Assembly: GCA_002269645.1 (NCBI GenBank)
Contig: NIVC01000019.1
Span: forward strand, 806,001-870,000
Direction: 5' to 3'
Source of the DNA: Macrostomum lignano
Lineage: Eukaryota
Length of the DNA: 64,000 nucleotides
Part shown: positions 13,237-25,624 of the stretch, piece after piece
Numbering within the stretch: position 1 is the first letter of the stretch
Layout of the letters: each line of letters opens with the position of its first letter
The notes under the pieces: generated by a model
The model's input: the letters and a program-made list of their open reading frames with translations, nothing else
What the model was told of the DNA's origin: nothing
Databases searched by the model: none
Translations under genes and position numbers: made by a program

Positions 13237-14481
13237 GCCGCTCCCTCGGTGTCCTTGAATCCGCCTCTTCGCTCCCTCAGTGTCCTTAAATCCGCCTCTT
13301 CGCTCCCTCAGTGTCCTTGAATCCGCCTCTTCGCTCCCTCAGTGTCCTTAAATCCGCCTCTCCGCTCCCTCAGTGTCCTTGAATCCGCCTCTCCGCTCCC
13401 TCAGTGTCCTGGAATCGGGCTCTCCGCTCCCTCAGTGTCCTTTAATCCGCCTCTCCGCTCCCTCAGTGTCCTTGAATCCGCCTCTCCGCTCCCTCAGTGT
13501 CCTTGAATCCGCCTCTCCGCTCCCTCAGTGTCCTTGAATCCGCCTCTCCGCTCCCTCAGTGTCCTTGAATCCGCCTCTTCGCTCCCTCAGTGTCCTTAAA
13601 TCCGCCTCTCCGCTCCCTCAGTGTCCTTGAATCCGCCTCTCCGCTCCCTCAGTGTCCTGGAATCGGGCTCTCCGCTCCCTCAGTGTCCTTTAATCCGCCT
13701 CTCCGCTCCCTCAGTGTCCTTGAATCCGCCTCTCCGCTCCCTCAGTGTCCTTGAATCCGCCTCTCCGCTCCCTCAGTGTCCTTGAATCCGCCTCTCCGCT
13801 CCCTCAGTGTCCTTGAATCCGCCTCTCCGCTCCCTCAGTGTCCTTGAATCCGCCTCTCCGCTCCCTCAGTGTCCTTGAATCCGCCTCTCCGCTCCCTCAG
13901 TGTCCTTGAATCCGCCTCTCCGCTCCCTCAGTATCCTTGAATCCGCCTCTCCGCTCCCTCAGTGTCCTTGAATCCGCCTCTCCGCTCCCTCAGTGTCCTT
14001 GAATCCGCCTCTCCGCTCCCTCAGTGTCCTTGAATCCGCCTCTCCGCTCCCTCAGTGTCCTTGAATCCGCCTCTCCGCTCCCTCAGTGTCCTTGAATCCG
14101 CCTGTCCAAGCTCCCTCAGTATCCTTGAATCCGCCTCTCCGCTCCCTCAGTGTCCTTGAATCCGCCTCTCCGCTCCCTCAGTATCCTTGAATCCGCCTCT
14201 CCGCTCCAACAGTGTCCTTGAATCCGCCTCTCCAAGCTCCCTCAGTGTCCTTGAATCCGCCTCTCCAAGCTCCCTCAGTGTCCTTGAATCCGCCTCTCCA
14301 AGCTCCCTCAGTATCCTTGAATCCGCCTCTCCGCTCCCTCAGTGTCCTTGAATCCGCCTCTCCGCTCCCTCAGTATCCTTGAATCCGCCTCTCCGCTCCA
14401 ACAGTGTCCTTGAATCCGCCTCTCCGCTCCCTCAGTGTCCTTGAATCCGCCTCTCCAAGCTCCCTCAGTGTCCTTGAATCC
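13237..14481 (-). repeat. Minisatellite, same 31-bp unit in reverse orientation (right arm)
   Basis: Unit GCTCCCTCAGTGTCCTTGAATCCGCCTCTCC, the reverse complement of the 11075-12805 unit. Confidence 0.97.
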
Positions 14482-15076
14482 TAAACTTGAATGTTAATGA
14501 CGGTTTCAATATTTTCACGACTTTAATTTTCGTAGGAAGCACTAGATTTCAAACTTTCTCGATCTAAACAAATCCTGTTTACTGTTTTTTTTCGGTCAGG
14601 AAACCCAGCTACTCAACAGAGTCCGCCTTCAGTTAAAGTCCTTTGAATAAAATCCCCCTGACGCCCTCCACTTGACGGAATTCCGGGCAGGAAAATTTAA
14701 ACAAAAACCGACAACCGTGGACGGAATGCTAATGAAGCAAACCAGCTCAGTCAAGTGCGCTGTTCTGAGCCACGTCAAATCTGAAAGATAATCTTCTTCT
14801 AGGTGATAGCTGCATGCAGCACAGTCTTCTTTTATCAGCGAAATGCCAGTCTGACCGTTTTAAAAAGTTTCCCCACACAGGGCGCGAAATCCCCATGCAC
14901 TCGGCTCCTTCATCGATTAGAAAATCGCAGCCTGTCATTCAGAATTAGCTCAGTTTTTCTTCGAAAAAAACAATAATTTACGGAAAGAAAAATTGGCTGC
15001 ATCATACTACTTATCAAGTAGAAGGTGTGAAAATTTTCTAACATTACTTTTCCTAATGAAGTATCCATAAAAACCA

Positions 15077-15558
15077 TGATGTCAGCAGTCTAGCTAGATG
15101 TCAGCCAATGATGTCAGCAGTCCAGCTGGATGTCAGTGAATGATGTCAGCAGTCTAGCTGGATGTCAGTGAATGATGTCAGCAGTCTAGCTGGATGTCAG
15201 TGAATGATGTCAGCAGTCTAGCTGGATGTCAGTGAATGATGTCAGTAGTCCAGCTGGATGTCAGTGAATGATGTCAGCAGTCTAGCTGGATGTCAGTGAA
15301 TGATGTCAGCAGTCCAGCTGGATGTCAGTGAATGATGTCAGCAGTCTAGCTGGATGTCAGTGAATGATGTCAGCAGTCTAGCTGGATGTCAGTGAATGAT
15401 GTCAGCAGTCTAGCTGGATGTCAGTGAATGATGTCAGTAGTCCAGCTGGATGTCAGTGAATGATGTCAGCAGTCCAGCTGGGTTTCAGTGAATGATGTCA
15501 GCAGTCCAGCTGGATGTCAGTGATTGCTGTCAGCAGTCTATCTGGATGTCAGTGAATG
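15077..15558. repeat. Minisatellite, 32-bp unit (left part)
   Basis: Unit GATGTCAGCAGTCTAGCTGGATGTCAGTGAAT. Confidence 0.96.
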
Positions 15559-16514
15559 ATGTACTCCACGGTACCAGGGTGGTGCCTCCGACCATCCTCC
15601 GGCGGCGCATTTTGGAGGCTGCGCATGATGAGGTGCACCCGAGAGCGGAAAATACCAAGGCACATGTGTCTAATGAGTTCTGGTGGCCTGGACTGGATTG
15701 GGATGTCCGTCAGTTCGTTGAGCAGGGTCAGCTGTGCGCTTAAAAACGGCCGGTGATTCAGCGGAAAATTGACATCTGGCCATCCGAGAGCGAGCCGTGG
15801 TCCCGGGTCCAAATGGACCACAGTGAGGTGCCAGGGGTGGGCCTGCTGGTCCAGGTCCCAGACAGGTCTGCGGGCAGTGTGCTGAGAGTGCTGAGGGCGG
15901 TGTTCGCCAGAAATGGAGTGCCACGGACGCTCGCGTCGGATAATGCGCCTGCGAGTTCAGGTTGGAAAGAGTGTCGCAGTGGCTGAACAGCGTCGGCTAC
16001 AAGGAGGTGCACACTCCACCGTACCATCCGGCATCGAACGGGCAGGCTGAGCGGTTGGTGAGGAGCCTGAAAGGCGGGCTGAAGACGTGGACGAAAGTGG
16101 TCCCATTTGACCAGTTCCTGCAAAAACTGCTCCTAACCATTCGCACCAGCAGGCCTAGCGGGAATTCTCATGTGGGGACGCCAGCTGCGCCATCCGCTGA
16201 CGATGACCGAGCAGGTGGGCGACTCCATCTGGCTGAAGGCTCGACCTGGTGCGGCTCCGGTTCCGGCCAAGTTCATCTTGCAGCACGGCCGGAACACAGC
16301 TCTGGTGACCTCAGCTGACCCACCAGACGGAGGACTGCGGATGGCGCATGCAAACCACGGAGGCGGAGGGTGCCAAGGCTGAGTTCTGGAGATGAGACTC
16401 TCAAGCCCCACAGTTCGTATGAGTTGCGGCCTCGCAAACCTGTTTGTTACAATGTTTAAGGACTGGCTTTGGTTTCTTTTGTTTCTCGTGTTTTCTGTTT
16501 GGTTTTCACGTTTC
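15556..16514 (+). mobile_element. Ty3/Gypsy LTR-retrotransposon integrase remnant (frameshifted, partly deleted)
   Basis: Zn-binding region GTRVVPPTILRRRILEAAHDEVHP...FWWPGLDWDVRQFV; core PWSRVQMD...FARNGVPRTLASDN and HTPPYHPASNGQAERLVRSLK, split across frames; pol-like end YELRPRKPVCY. No LTR visible. Confidence 0.88.
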
Positions 16515-17275
16515 ACGTCTAGCTGGATGTCAGTGAATGCTGTCAGCAGTCCAGCTGGATGTCAGTGAATGCTGTCAGCAGTCCAGCTGGATGTCAGTGA
16601 ATTATGTCAGCAGTCTAGCTGGATGTCAGTGAATGCTGTCAGCAGTCTAGCTGGATGTCATTGAATGATGTCAGCAGTCCAACTGGATGTCAGTGAATGC
16701 TGTCAGCAGTCTAGCTGGATGTCATTGAATGATGTCAGCAGTCCAACTGGATGTCAGTGAATGCTGTCAGCAGTCTAGCTGGATGTCATTTAATGATGTC
16801 AGCAGTCTAGCTGGATGTCAGTGAATGATGTCAGCAGTCCAGCTGGATGTCATTGAATGATGTCAGCAGTCTAGCTGGATGTCAGTGAATGATGTCAGCA
16901 GTCCAGCTGGACCTCCAGTCAGTGAATGATGTCAGCAGTCCAGCTGGACCTCCAGTCAGTGAATGATGTCAGCTGTCTAGCTGGATGTCAGTGAATGATG
17001 TCAGCAGTCTAGCTGGATGTCAGTGAATGATGTCAGCAGTCCAGCTGGACCTCCAGTCAGTGAATGATGTCAGCAGTCCAGCTGGACCTCCAGTCAGTGA
17101 ATGATGTCAGCTGTCTAGCTGGATGTCAGTGAATGATGTCAGCAGTCTAGCTGGATGTCAGTGAATGATGTCAGCAGTCTAGCTGGATGTCAGTGAATGA
17201 TGTCAGCAGGCTAGCTGGATGTCAGTGAATGATGTCAGCAGGCTAGTTGGATGTCAGTGAATGATGTCAGCAGTC
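16515..17275. repeat. Minisatellite, 32-bp unit (right part, same orientation as 15077-15558)
   Basis: The same unit resumes directly after the Gypsy fragment. Confidence 0.96.
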
Positions 17276-17939
17276 AAGCAGGATTCCAATCCATAAATTT
17301 TTCACCAAAAATTGTTTTTGTATTTTCGATGTTCCTGTCAGGTGAAAAATGTATTTTAGTGCATCAAAGCAGTTCAATCTCCTTTGAGTAGCGGATCCAC
17401 ATTGTCAATTAATTACTGCAAGGCTTTTCCTGCACAAATCCTTCGCAGATTTACACGTAAGTCACAAAAAGACTGTCACCTCAGCATTTGGATTAAAATT
17501 CTGTCCTTAAGAAGAAGGCTTTGACAGGTTGCTGCATGGCAACTTGCTCGGATTAACGAACTGAGTTTTTTTTCCCGAGCAAAGGGATTTGTTCTGCCCC
17601 GCTCCTCTGGGAAATTATCAGGCACTGGATTGAGAGGCTGTCAGCCTAGTTGCAAGCCTAACAGCCTAACACCTCCGCAAAAGGATTTTTTCAGAATTTT
17701 CAGAATTAGTTAATTACCGAATTCGCACTTGTCAGCAGAGACTGGCCGGATCCCAAATTAATCTCTTCCTCTTTGCCAGGTTTGAGTCGGCAGAGCCTGC
17801 GAAATTATTCAACTGTAGTTTTTCTGACGTCAATTGGTGGTGCATGTTGGCTGTCAGCTGCGGCCGGTTCTGCATCTGGTTTTTTGGCGTCTTGCAGCAC
17901 CACCTCTATCAGACCCAAATAGATCTCTTCACAGACCCC

Positions 17940-18425
17940 TACAGCATCTCCTACAGCACCCCAGCAGCACCCCTAGAGAATCCCCTATGGCACCCCAACA
18001 GCAGAAACTCTTATAGCACCTCAACAGCACCCCAGCAGCACCCCAGCAGCACCCCAGCAGCACCCCAGCAGCACCCCAGCAGCACCCCAACAGCACCCCA
18101 ACAGCACCCCAACAGCACCCCAACAGCACCCCAGCAGCACCCCAACAGCACCCCAACAGCACCCCAACAGCACCCCAGCAGCACCCCAACAGCACCCCAA
18201 CAGCACCCCAACAGTATCTCAACAGCACCCCCACATCACCCCTACAGCATCCCAACAGCACCCCAACAGCACCCCAACAGCACCCCAACAGCACCCCAGC
18301 AGCACCCCAACAGCACCCCAACAGCACCCCAACAGTATCTCAACAGCACCCCCACATCACCCCTACAGCATCTCAACAGTACCCCCACAGCACCCCAACA
18401 GCATCTCCACAAGAACCTCCAACAG
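17940..18425. repeat. Minisatellite, 11-bp unit
   Basis: Unit CAGCACCCCAA / CAGCACCCCAG. Confidence 0.95.
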
Positions 18426-19142
18426 GGTCTTAAATCAATCGCTAGATGCTTCTCATCTCTCTCTGTTGTTCTCCTTCTGTTGTCCCCTGGCTAAAAAATC
18501 TGCTTTTGCCGCATATTTAGAAACCAAATCCACCCTAGTAACGAAAGCAACAACAGAGAACCAGCAGAGCGCAGTTGTTTTTCAACTTCGATCTCCCCTC
18601 TTGATGATTAAGGTTGACTAGTCAGTTTGATTGGATCACCGGTTCACATCGGAGCTTGTCAATGCTTGCCAAAGCAGTTGGAATGAGATGATAAAGTCAA
18701 AGGAGCGGCAGGTCATCCGTGCTCCGGGCAATTCCTCATTCACAAAGGAGAAACTCAACACACACGGGGGCTCGAATCAGTATATGATAAAGTCAGTCGC
18801 GCGAGACCACAATCTGAGCAATGGGCATCTTGCCACTCCAAGGTCGCCTATACTACGAATATGAGCCCTATTGTGCTGGCTTAGCCTCTAGACAGCTGCG
18901 CCCATCCGCGTGTTAGAAGCACATGCCAATTATCTTCACTGTCTAATGTCTAATTAGAGTAATGCAAAAATGAGGGAGGGTACCGTTGCGTAATATCTAC
19001 GTGATTATACATCTCAATATTTTATTATCTTGATGTAGCCAGTTGTAATTTCTATTGAGTAAGCTTTCTGTTAGTTCCTCGTGTGTAGTTTGTCTCATTT
19101 TATTTGAAAAAATCCGAGCTAAAATGTGCTGTCTCTTGTTGA

Positions 19143-20128
19143 CTTGTTGCCATGGGAAACTACTAGTACTGGAATGGTTGCTATAGAAAGGTATGGTTGC
19201 TATGGAAAGGTTTTCGTACCGGGATGGTTGCTTGGAAAGCTACTGGTACCGGGATGGTTGCTATGGAAAGGTTTTCGTACCGGGATGGTTGCTTGGAAAG
19301 CTACTGGTACCGGGATGGATGCTATGGAAAGGTTTTCGTACCGGGATGGTTGCTTGGAAAGCTACTGGTACCGGGATGGTTGCTATGGAAAGGTATGGTA
19401 CCGGGATGGTTGCTATGGCAAGCTACTGGTACCGAGATGGTTGCTATGGAAACGCATTGGTACCAGGATGGTTGCAATGGAAAGCTACTGGTACCGGAAT
19501 GGTTGCTATGGAAAGCTACTGGTACCGGGATGGTTGCCATGGAAAGCTACTGGTACCGGGATGGTTGCCATGGAAAGCTACTAGTACCAGGATGGTTGCC
19601 ATGGAAAGCTACTGGTACCGGAATGGTTGCTATGGAAAGCTACTGGTACCGAGATGGTTGCTATGGAAAGCTAATGGTACCGGAATGGTTGCTATGGAAA
19701 GCTACTGGTACCGGAATGGTTGCTATGGAAAGCTACTGGTACTGGAATGGTTGCTATGGGAAGCTACTGGTACCGGGATGGTTGCTATGGAAAGCTACTG
19801 GTACCGGAATGGTTGCTATGGAAAGCTACTGGTACTGGAATGGTTGCTATGGGAAGCTACTGGTACCGGGATGGTTGCTATGGAAAGCTACTGGTACCGG
19901 AAAGGTTGCTATGGGAAGCTACTGGTACCGGGATGGTTGCCATGGAAAGCTACTGGTACCGGGATGGTTGCTATGGAAACGCATTGGTACCAGGATGGTT
20001 GCAATGGAAAGCTACTGGTACCGGGATGGTTGCCATGGAAAGCTACTGGTACCGGGATGGTTGCTATGGAAACGCATTGGTACCAGGATGGTTGCAATGG
20101 AAAGCTACTGGTACCGGAATGGTTGCCA
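19143..20128. repeat. Minisatellite, ~31-bp unit containing an X-box-like motif
   Basis: Unit GGTTGCTATGGAAAGCTACTGGTACCGGGAT. Confidence 0.96.
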
Positions 20129-21169
20129 GTTGACAGTGATCCGTAGCCAGCTGACCCCAAGCTCGCACACGAATGCGTTTACAGAGACAGCTGTGTACAG
20201 CGGCCTTGGCTTTCCCATCGCTATGGTTACCAGCTGGGTGCCCTTTTAAAACCATTAAGCGCCTCGTTAATTAAAACAGCTCATCTCAGCTGCACTTCTG
20301 TTGTTAAGTAAGGGATTTTTTCCTTGTTGATCCCCTGTCATCATCAACTGTGCTTCATCAACTACTTGCCTGCATGAGTACTGCACAGATAATTCTAAAT
20401 TTGGTGCTCAGCCCTCAATTCAAGGCATACAATCGGCCTTCTGGGCCTTCTGGGCCTGTCATCGCGGGTGAGTGTTGCCGACAGGGAGGCCGCTGGCATT
20501 AGAAGCAGAAATTCTTTCCAAGGCTGACACAGTCGGACAGAAGGGGGATATAAAACTGCGGTGAGAGATGATGGGAGGCTGGACTCGCGGCAACTCGAAG
20601 GCAAAGTAATCGAATTCCCGATCCCCCAGTACTGCCCGTTAGCGAAGAAACTCAGCTGCCCCATCATTTCACACAGCATCCGCTTGCCGTACAGAGCTGG
20701 GCGTCCTTTGTACCTTTGCCTACCTATGCAGTGCTTACCTGCTACACACAGCCTCTCTCTCTGTCTCTTTGAAAACGAATTTCCGAAATCTGAACCAATC
20801 AGGGTTTGAGTTGTCTGCCGATGACTGCACAGCGACTCGGAGTTCGATGCCTTGATAAAGCAACCCTTGAGCAGCTCATGCTAGTTGAGACTCTCGCCAG
20901 AGCAAGCTGAATAATCATTGACCACCAGATCAGCAGTCGATAAAGAAGACGATTGGGACCTTAATAATCAATCGAATAGCTACAAATGCGTCGATATGTA
21001 AGTGTATAAGTTCTGTAAATGTGTACAATTTGTGCTATTTGCGCTACTGATTGCGCACAGTACAGAGCTTTAGTTCTAAATTTCTAATCTAGCTCGTAAT
21101 TGTAAGGTTCTGTCGGAGCGTTGCGACCAACGTTAGGCCAGTGTCGATTTCCAATCAAAAAGATCCAGT

Positions 21170-21856
21170 ATCCCTCAGATCAGCACCTGTAGATCCCTCA
21201 GATCAGCACCTGTAAGATTCCTCAGATCAGCACCAGTAGATCCCTCAGATCAGCACCAGTAGATCCCTCAGATCAGCACCTGTAGATCCCTCAGATCAGC
21301 ACCTGTAGATTCCTCAGATCAGCACCAGTAGATCCCTCAGATCAGCACCTGTAGATCCCTCAGATCATCACCTGTAAGATTCCTCAGATCAGCACCTGTA
21401 AGATTCCTCAGATCAGCACCGGTAAGATTCCTCAGATGAGCATCTGTAAGATCCCTCAGATCAGCACCGGTAAGATCCCTCAGATCAGCACCTGTAAGAT
21501 CCCTCAGATCAGCACCGGTAAGATCCCTCAGATCAGCACCTGTAAGATCCCTCAGATCAGCACCTGTAAGATTCCTCAGATCAGCACCAGTAGATCCCTC
21601 AGATCAGCACCTGTAGATCCCTCAGATCATCACCTGTAAGATTCCTCAGATCAGCACCTGTAAGATTCCTCAGATCAGCACCAGTAGATCCCTCAGATCA
21701 GCACCTGTAGATCCCTCAGATCATCACCTGTAAGATTCCTCAGATCAGCACCTGTAAGATTCCTCAGATCAGCACCAGTAGATCCCTCAGATCAGCACCT
21801 GTAAGATCCCTCAGATCAGCACCGGTAAGATCCCTCAGATCATCACCTGTAAGATC
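21170..21856. repeat. Minisatellite, 22-23-bp unit
   Basis: Unit CCTCAGATCAGCACCTGTA(A)GAT(C/T). Confidence 0.96.
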
Positions 21857-21894
21857 CGTAAGGGGCACTGTAAGGTGCTAAAACCTGTAAGGGG

Positions 21895-22545
21895 CGCCAA
21901 CACCAGGGGCTTTAGGACCAGGGGCTTTGGCACCAGGGCTTTAGCACCAGGGCTTTAGCACAAGGGGCTTTAGTACCAGAAGCTTCAGCACAAGGGGCGC
22001 CAGCACCAGGGGCGCCAGCACCAGGGGCGCCAGCACCAGGGGCGCCAGCACCAGGGGCGCCAGCACCAGGGGCGCCAGCACCAGGGGCGCCAGCACCAGG
22101 GGCGCCAGCACCAGGGGCGCCAGCACCAGGGGCGCCAGCACCAGGGGCGCCAGCACCAGGGGCGCCAGCACCAGGGGCGCCAGCACCAGGGGCGCCAGCA
22201 CCAGGGGCGCCAGCACCAGGGGCGCCAGCACCAGGGGCGCCAGCACCAGGGGCGCCAGCACCAGGGGCGCCAGCACCAGGGGCGCCAGCACCAGGGGCGC
22301 CAGCACCAGGGGCGCCAGCACCAGGGGCGCCAGCACCAGGGGCGCCAGCACCAGGGGCGCCAGCACCAGGGGCGCCAGCACCAGGGGCGCCAGCACCAGG
22401 GGCGCCAGCACCAGGGGCGCCAGCACCAGGGGCGCCAGCACCAGGGGCGCCAGCACCAGGGGCGCCAGCACCAGGGGCGCCAGCACCAGGGGCGCCAGCA
22501 CCAGGGGCGCCAGCACCAGGGGCGCCAGCACCAGGGGCGACAGCA
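21895..22545. repeat. Minisatellite, 15-bp unit, near-perfect
   Basis: GGGGCGCCAGCACCA repeated ~36 times without variation, with degenerate edges. Confidence 0.98.
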
Positions 22546-25500
22546 CCATTAAAAAAGACGCAATGTACTGTCGGGCAGCCGATTGCGGAGGCTGCAGCCC
22601 CAATGGCTGCGCCCCTCCCTGCACTTATAGCTACGCTCGTATTAGTTTCTTTAACCCACACCCAATTCCTTGCCTAAAAGGGTGATTTTTTTTAGTTTGG
22701 CTCTTTATCTCTCCCCGATGCTTAACATCGTTAACTCTGCCCAACAGCAGCTACAGCGAAGGGCTTAGGGAAGATTCTGGAAGGCCCAGCTACGCGCGCA
22801 CGTAGGGAAGTTCTGCAGATAGCATGTATAGATACCTCCTCCGGCTGCAACAACTCCTAATACCTTTTTTATTATCGCTCCCTGTAACCTCTGCCGGGGA
22901 AGGGGTAACTGGACTAATAGTGTGGTGACCCAGAGGTTTTGGGTGATTAGAGCTGAGAACTCTTATTCTGTTCGATCGTTTAAACTTGAGCTGATGACCG
23001 GGCATGCAGTGAATTAAGCAGTGAAGCCACACAAAAATCGACCGCACCAGAACTAATGCGATATCTCACTTTCAGAGAAAAAAAAGTAAAACTCTAATTT
23101 CTGTCACTGATTTCGATTCGATACTTAGAACTTTAAAAAATAAAACTATAGATCAAGTCGCGACTTACGACTATACATGTATATCAGTAATCGGAATTGA
23201 GTTGCTCCTTTAAAGCAAGATAGTACTAGATTGTATATTAAAGAACAATTTTTTATTAATTTTTTATAAATGTAATGAAATGAAAAAAACTTAAGCTAGC
23301 TGAATACCTAGTATAAATCTGCCCACAGTAAGGCAACCGTCTACGTCAAAAAATCAGTCGTATGCGCTACTGTAAGTAGCATGCTCTGCTCTTGCATGTA
23401 TCGATGGACTGACTGATCGATGAGTCATTTTTTAGATTTTGTTATTTTAAACTCACAGTCTTTATTTTTCGAATTATTTTTTTAAACCGTCTTACAGAGC
23501 TGCCACGATAGTATTTATACACTTTTTTCTGATGGCTATTACAAACGCTTGTTTAACTTTTTTGTTTCTTGTTAAGCGAAAACAATTGAATCACAGGGAA
23601 TAAAAGTAAAAATCTACCATGTTAAATTAAATCACCATGTTACACGAGAGTGAACTTAGAACTTTTAGATAGGCCTAGTCTAATTATACTGGGCCTAGTA
23701 GTAGGCCTAAGGTTGATTTTGACTTTTCAATTCGTTTTTTTCTCAAAGTAGCATTTTGTTGCATACCACACCCACAGTTTGTCAGCTTAGAAGTTAGAAT
23801 GTAAAAAATAGGCCCATATTTGAATTTGTGTCCTACGTAGGCCTAATATTTAATAATTAGATCATAAAAACTTGAAACAGACCTAACTTATATGCAAATG
23901 TGTATGTGCTGGTCTCAATGATATAAAGTATCTTAAACTATAAAAAAGGCTTATTAGGCCTGGGTAAATTATCCTTTTGAGTATGATTTGCTGACAATGT
24001 TAATGCTGTGAATTTAATAAACAGCATAGCATTATATTGACAACTGATAGATATCCATGCATTAACAGCATGGGATTTTTAAATCAGTTATTATATTTTC
24101 AAGTAAGTAAAATAATCTATTTTAAGTTCACTCCTATATATTTGCATTTCAAAGTTTTAGTTAGAAGTTGAATTGAAAAAAATGTATTATATAGTTTCTA
24201 ATATTGCATTTAGGTTTAATTAGGTTTAAATTTTATTTAGACCTAAAAGAATAGGCCTATTTATTACTATTATTGTTAGAATCTCCATAGAGCTTTTTAA
24301 AGTTTAGGATTTTTAGTTTTTTAGATCTGCATCTAAATTCTAATAGAGGACAATAACAACATTATAGAATGGCTTTAGGCCCCCAATTAGGCCTATTATT
24401 TTAAGGTTGGGTAATAAAAGGTTAAAACATTTTTTTTCCTAAAAATTCACTTTTTAATAGGAAAAAGTAGGCCCTATATTATATTTATAGTTATAAGTTG
24501 ATACTATTTAAAAAATATATATAACTATATAGCCATAGGCTTATTTGTAATTTTAAACTAGACCCTACACCCTATTGGCCCTATATTAGAAAGTAGAGTC
24601 GGCCACCACCGTCTACTTCAACAGCTCCCGCGGCAGCCTCTGCAATCTGGTCACCCACTACGTAGACAATTTGTTTAAAAAACAAAAATTAAAATAAAAG
24701 TAACAGAAAATAAAAATGAAACAAAAAAGAAAAACTCATAAAAGATATAAATATTTTAAATTTAGTAAAAGTCTCATTTTTTATGAGATCTTATATCTTA
24801 TATCTCATACTCTTTGTTTATTGTTAGTTGTTAGTCGTCACCTTTTGTCCAAAAATACCGTAAAAATTCTGGCGCGCTTTCAAATACTTTATCTTTTACA
24901 ATAACTCGGCAAATCGTCGTCAAATTGTCTTTATAAACTTCTATTTCGAAATTTTTTCCAAATACATAGCTCTATAATATATTGGCCAAACAGGCTAATT
25001 GCCTGAGCCAAATTCTCTTACTACTACTGTTCTTACTACTTTTAAATATCACAAAAAAGATATATAAACAGTATTAGTAAAGGCCTTAAAACCCTATACT
25101 ACAAAAAAACTAAGGCCTAGAATTTTTATTCTGGCATAGGCTTATGCCTACTATGATCTAAACTATATGATTTAAATAGGTCAAAGTTTATGTTTTGATT
25201 GCAAAAAGATTATAATAGCTTATAATATAATGCAAGTTTTATAAGATGTTGACAATTTTTCTAGATATATCTTGACACATCTTCTATTGATTGAATATCA
25301 TAAGTCATAAGATATTATATTTAGTTCAATTTCTTTTATAAAATACTTGATCTTGTAGTAAATTCAAAAGTAAGTAATTTTACTTAGCAACAAAGTCTTA
25401 TTAATCTGTTATTTAGGATATATTTACTGAATATAACTTGACCTTGTTCAATAAAGTATTCTTTGATAATCCTTAATTACAAGTTTGTATTTAATTCTTT

Positions 25501-25624
25501 TCAAGAAAAAATCCTTAGAATGACCCTAGCTTTCATATTTAAGAACAAGCTGACACTATTTTTGTCTTCATTTTTTTTCTTGCCTCCAAGGAGCAAACTT
25601 CCATTGGCACAGCAGTGTGCATAA

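Noticed and set aside
11075-17275. CRISPR-like 31-36-bp repeats (also 25625-26112, 28525-29085, 53695-54145)
   Set aside because: Units are head-to-tail with no unique spacers, there are no cas genes, and the DNA is eukaryotic.
22604-22678. Short signal-peptide-like ORF MAAPLPALIATLVLVSLTHTQFLA as RPTP exon 1
   Set aside because: Ends in TAA with no convincing splice donor; cannot be linked to 26139.
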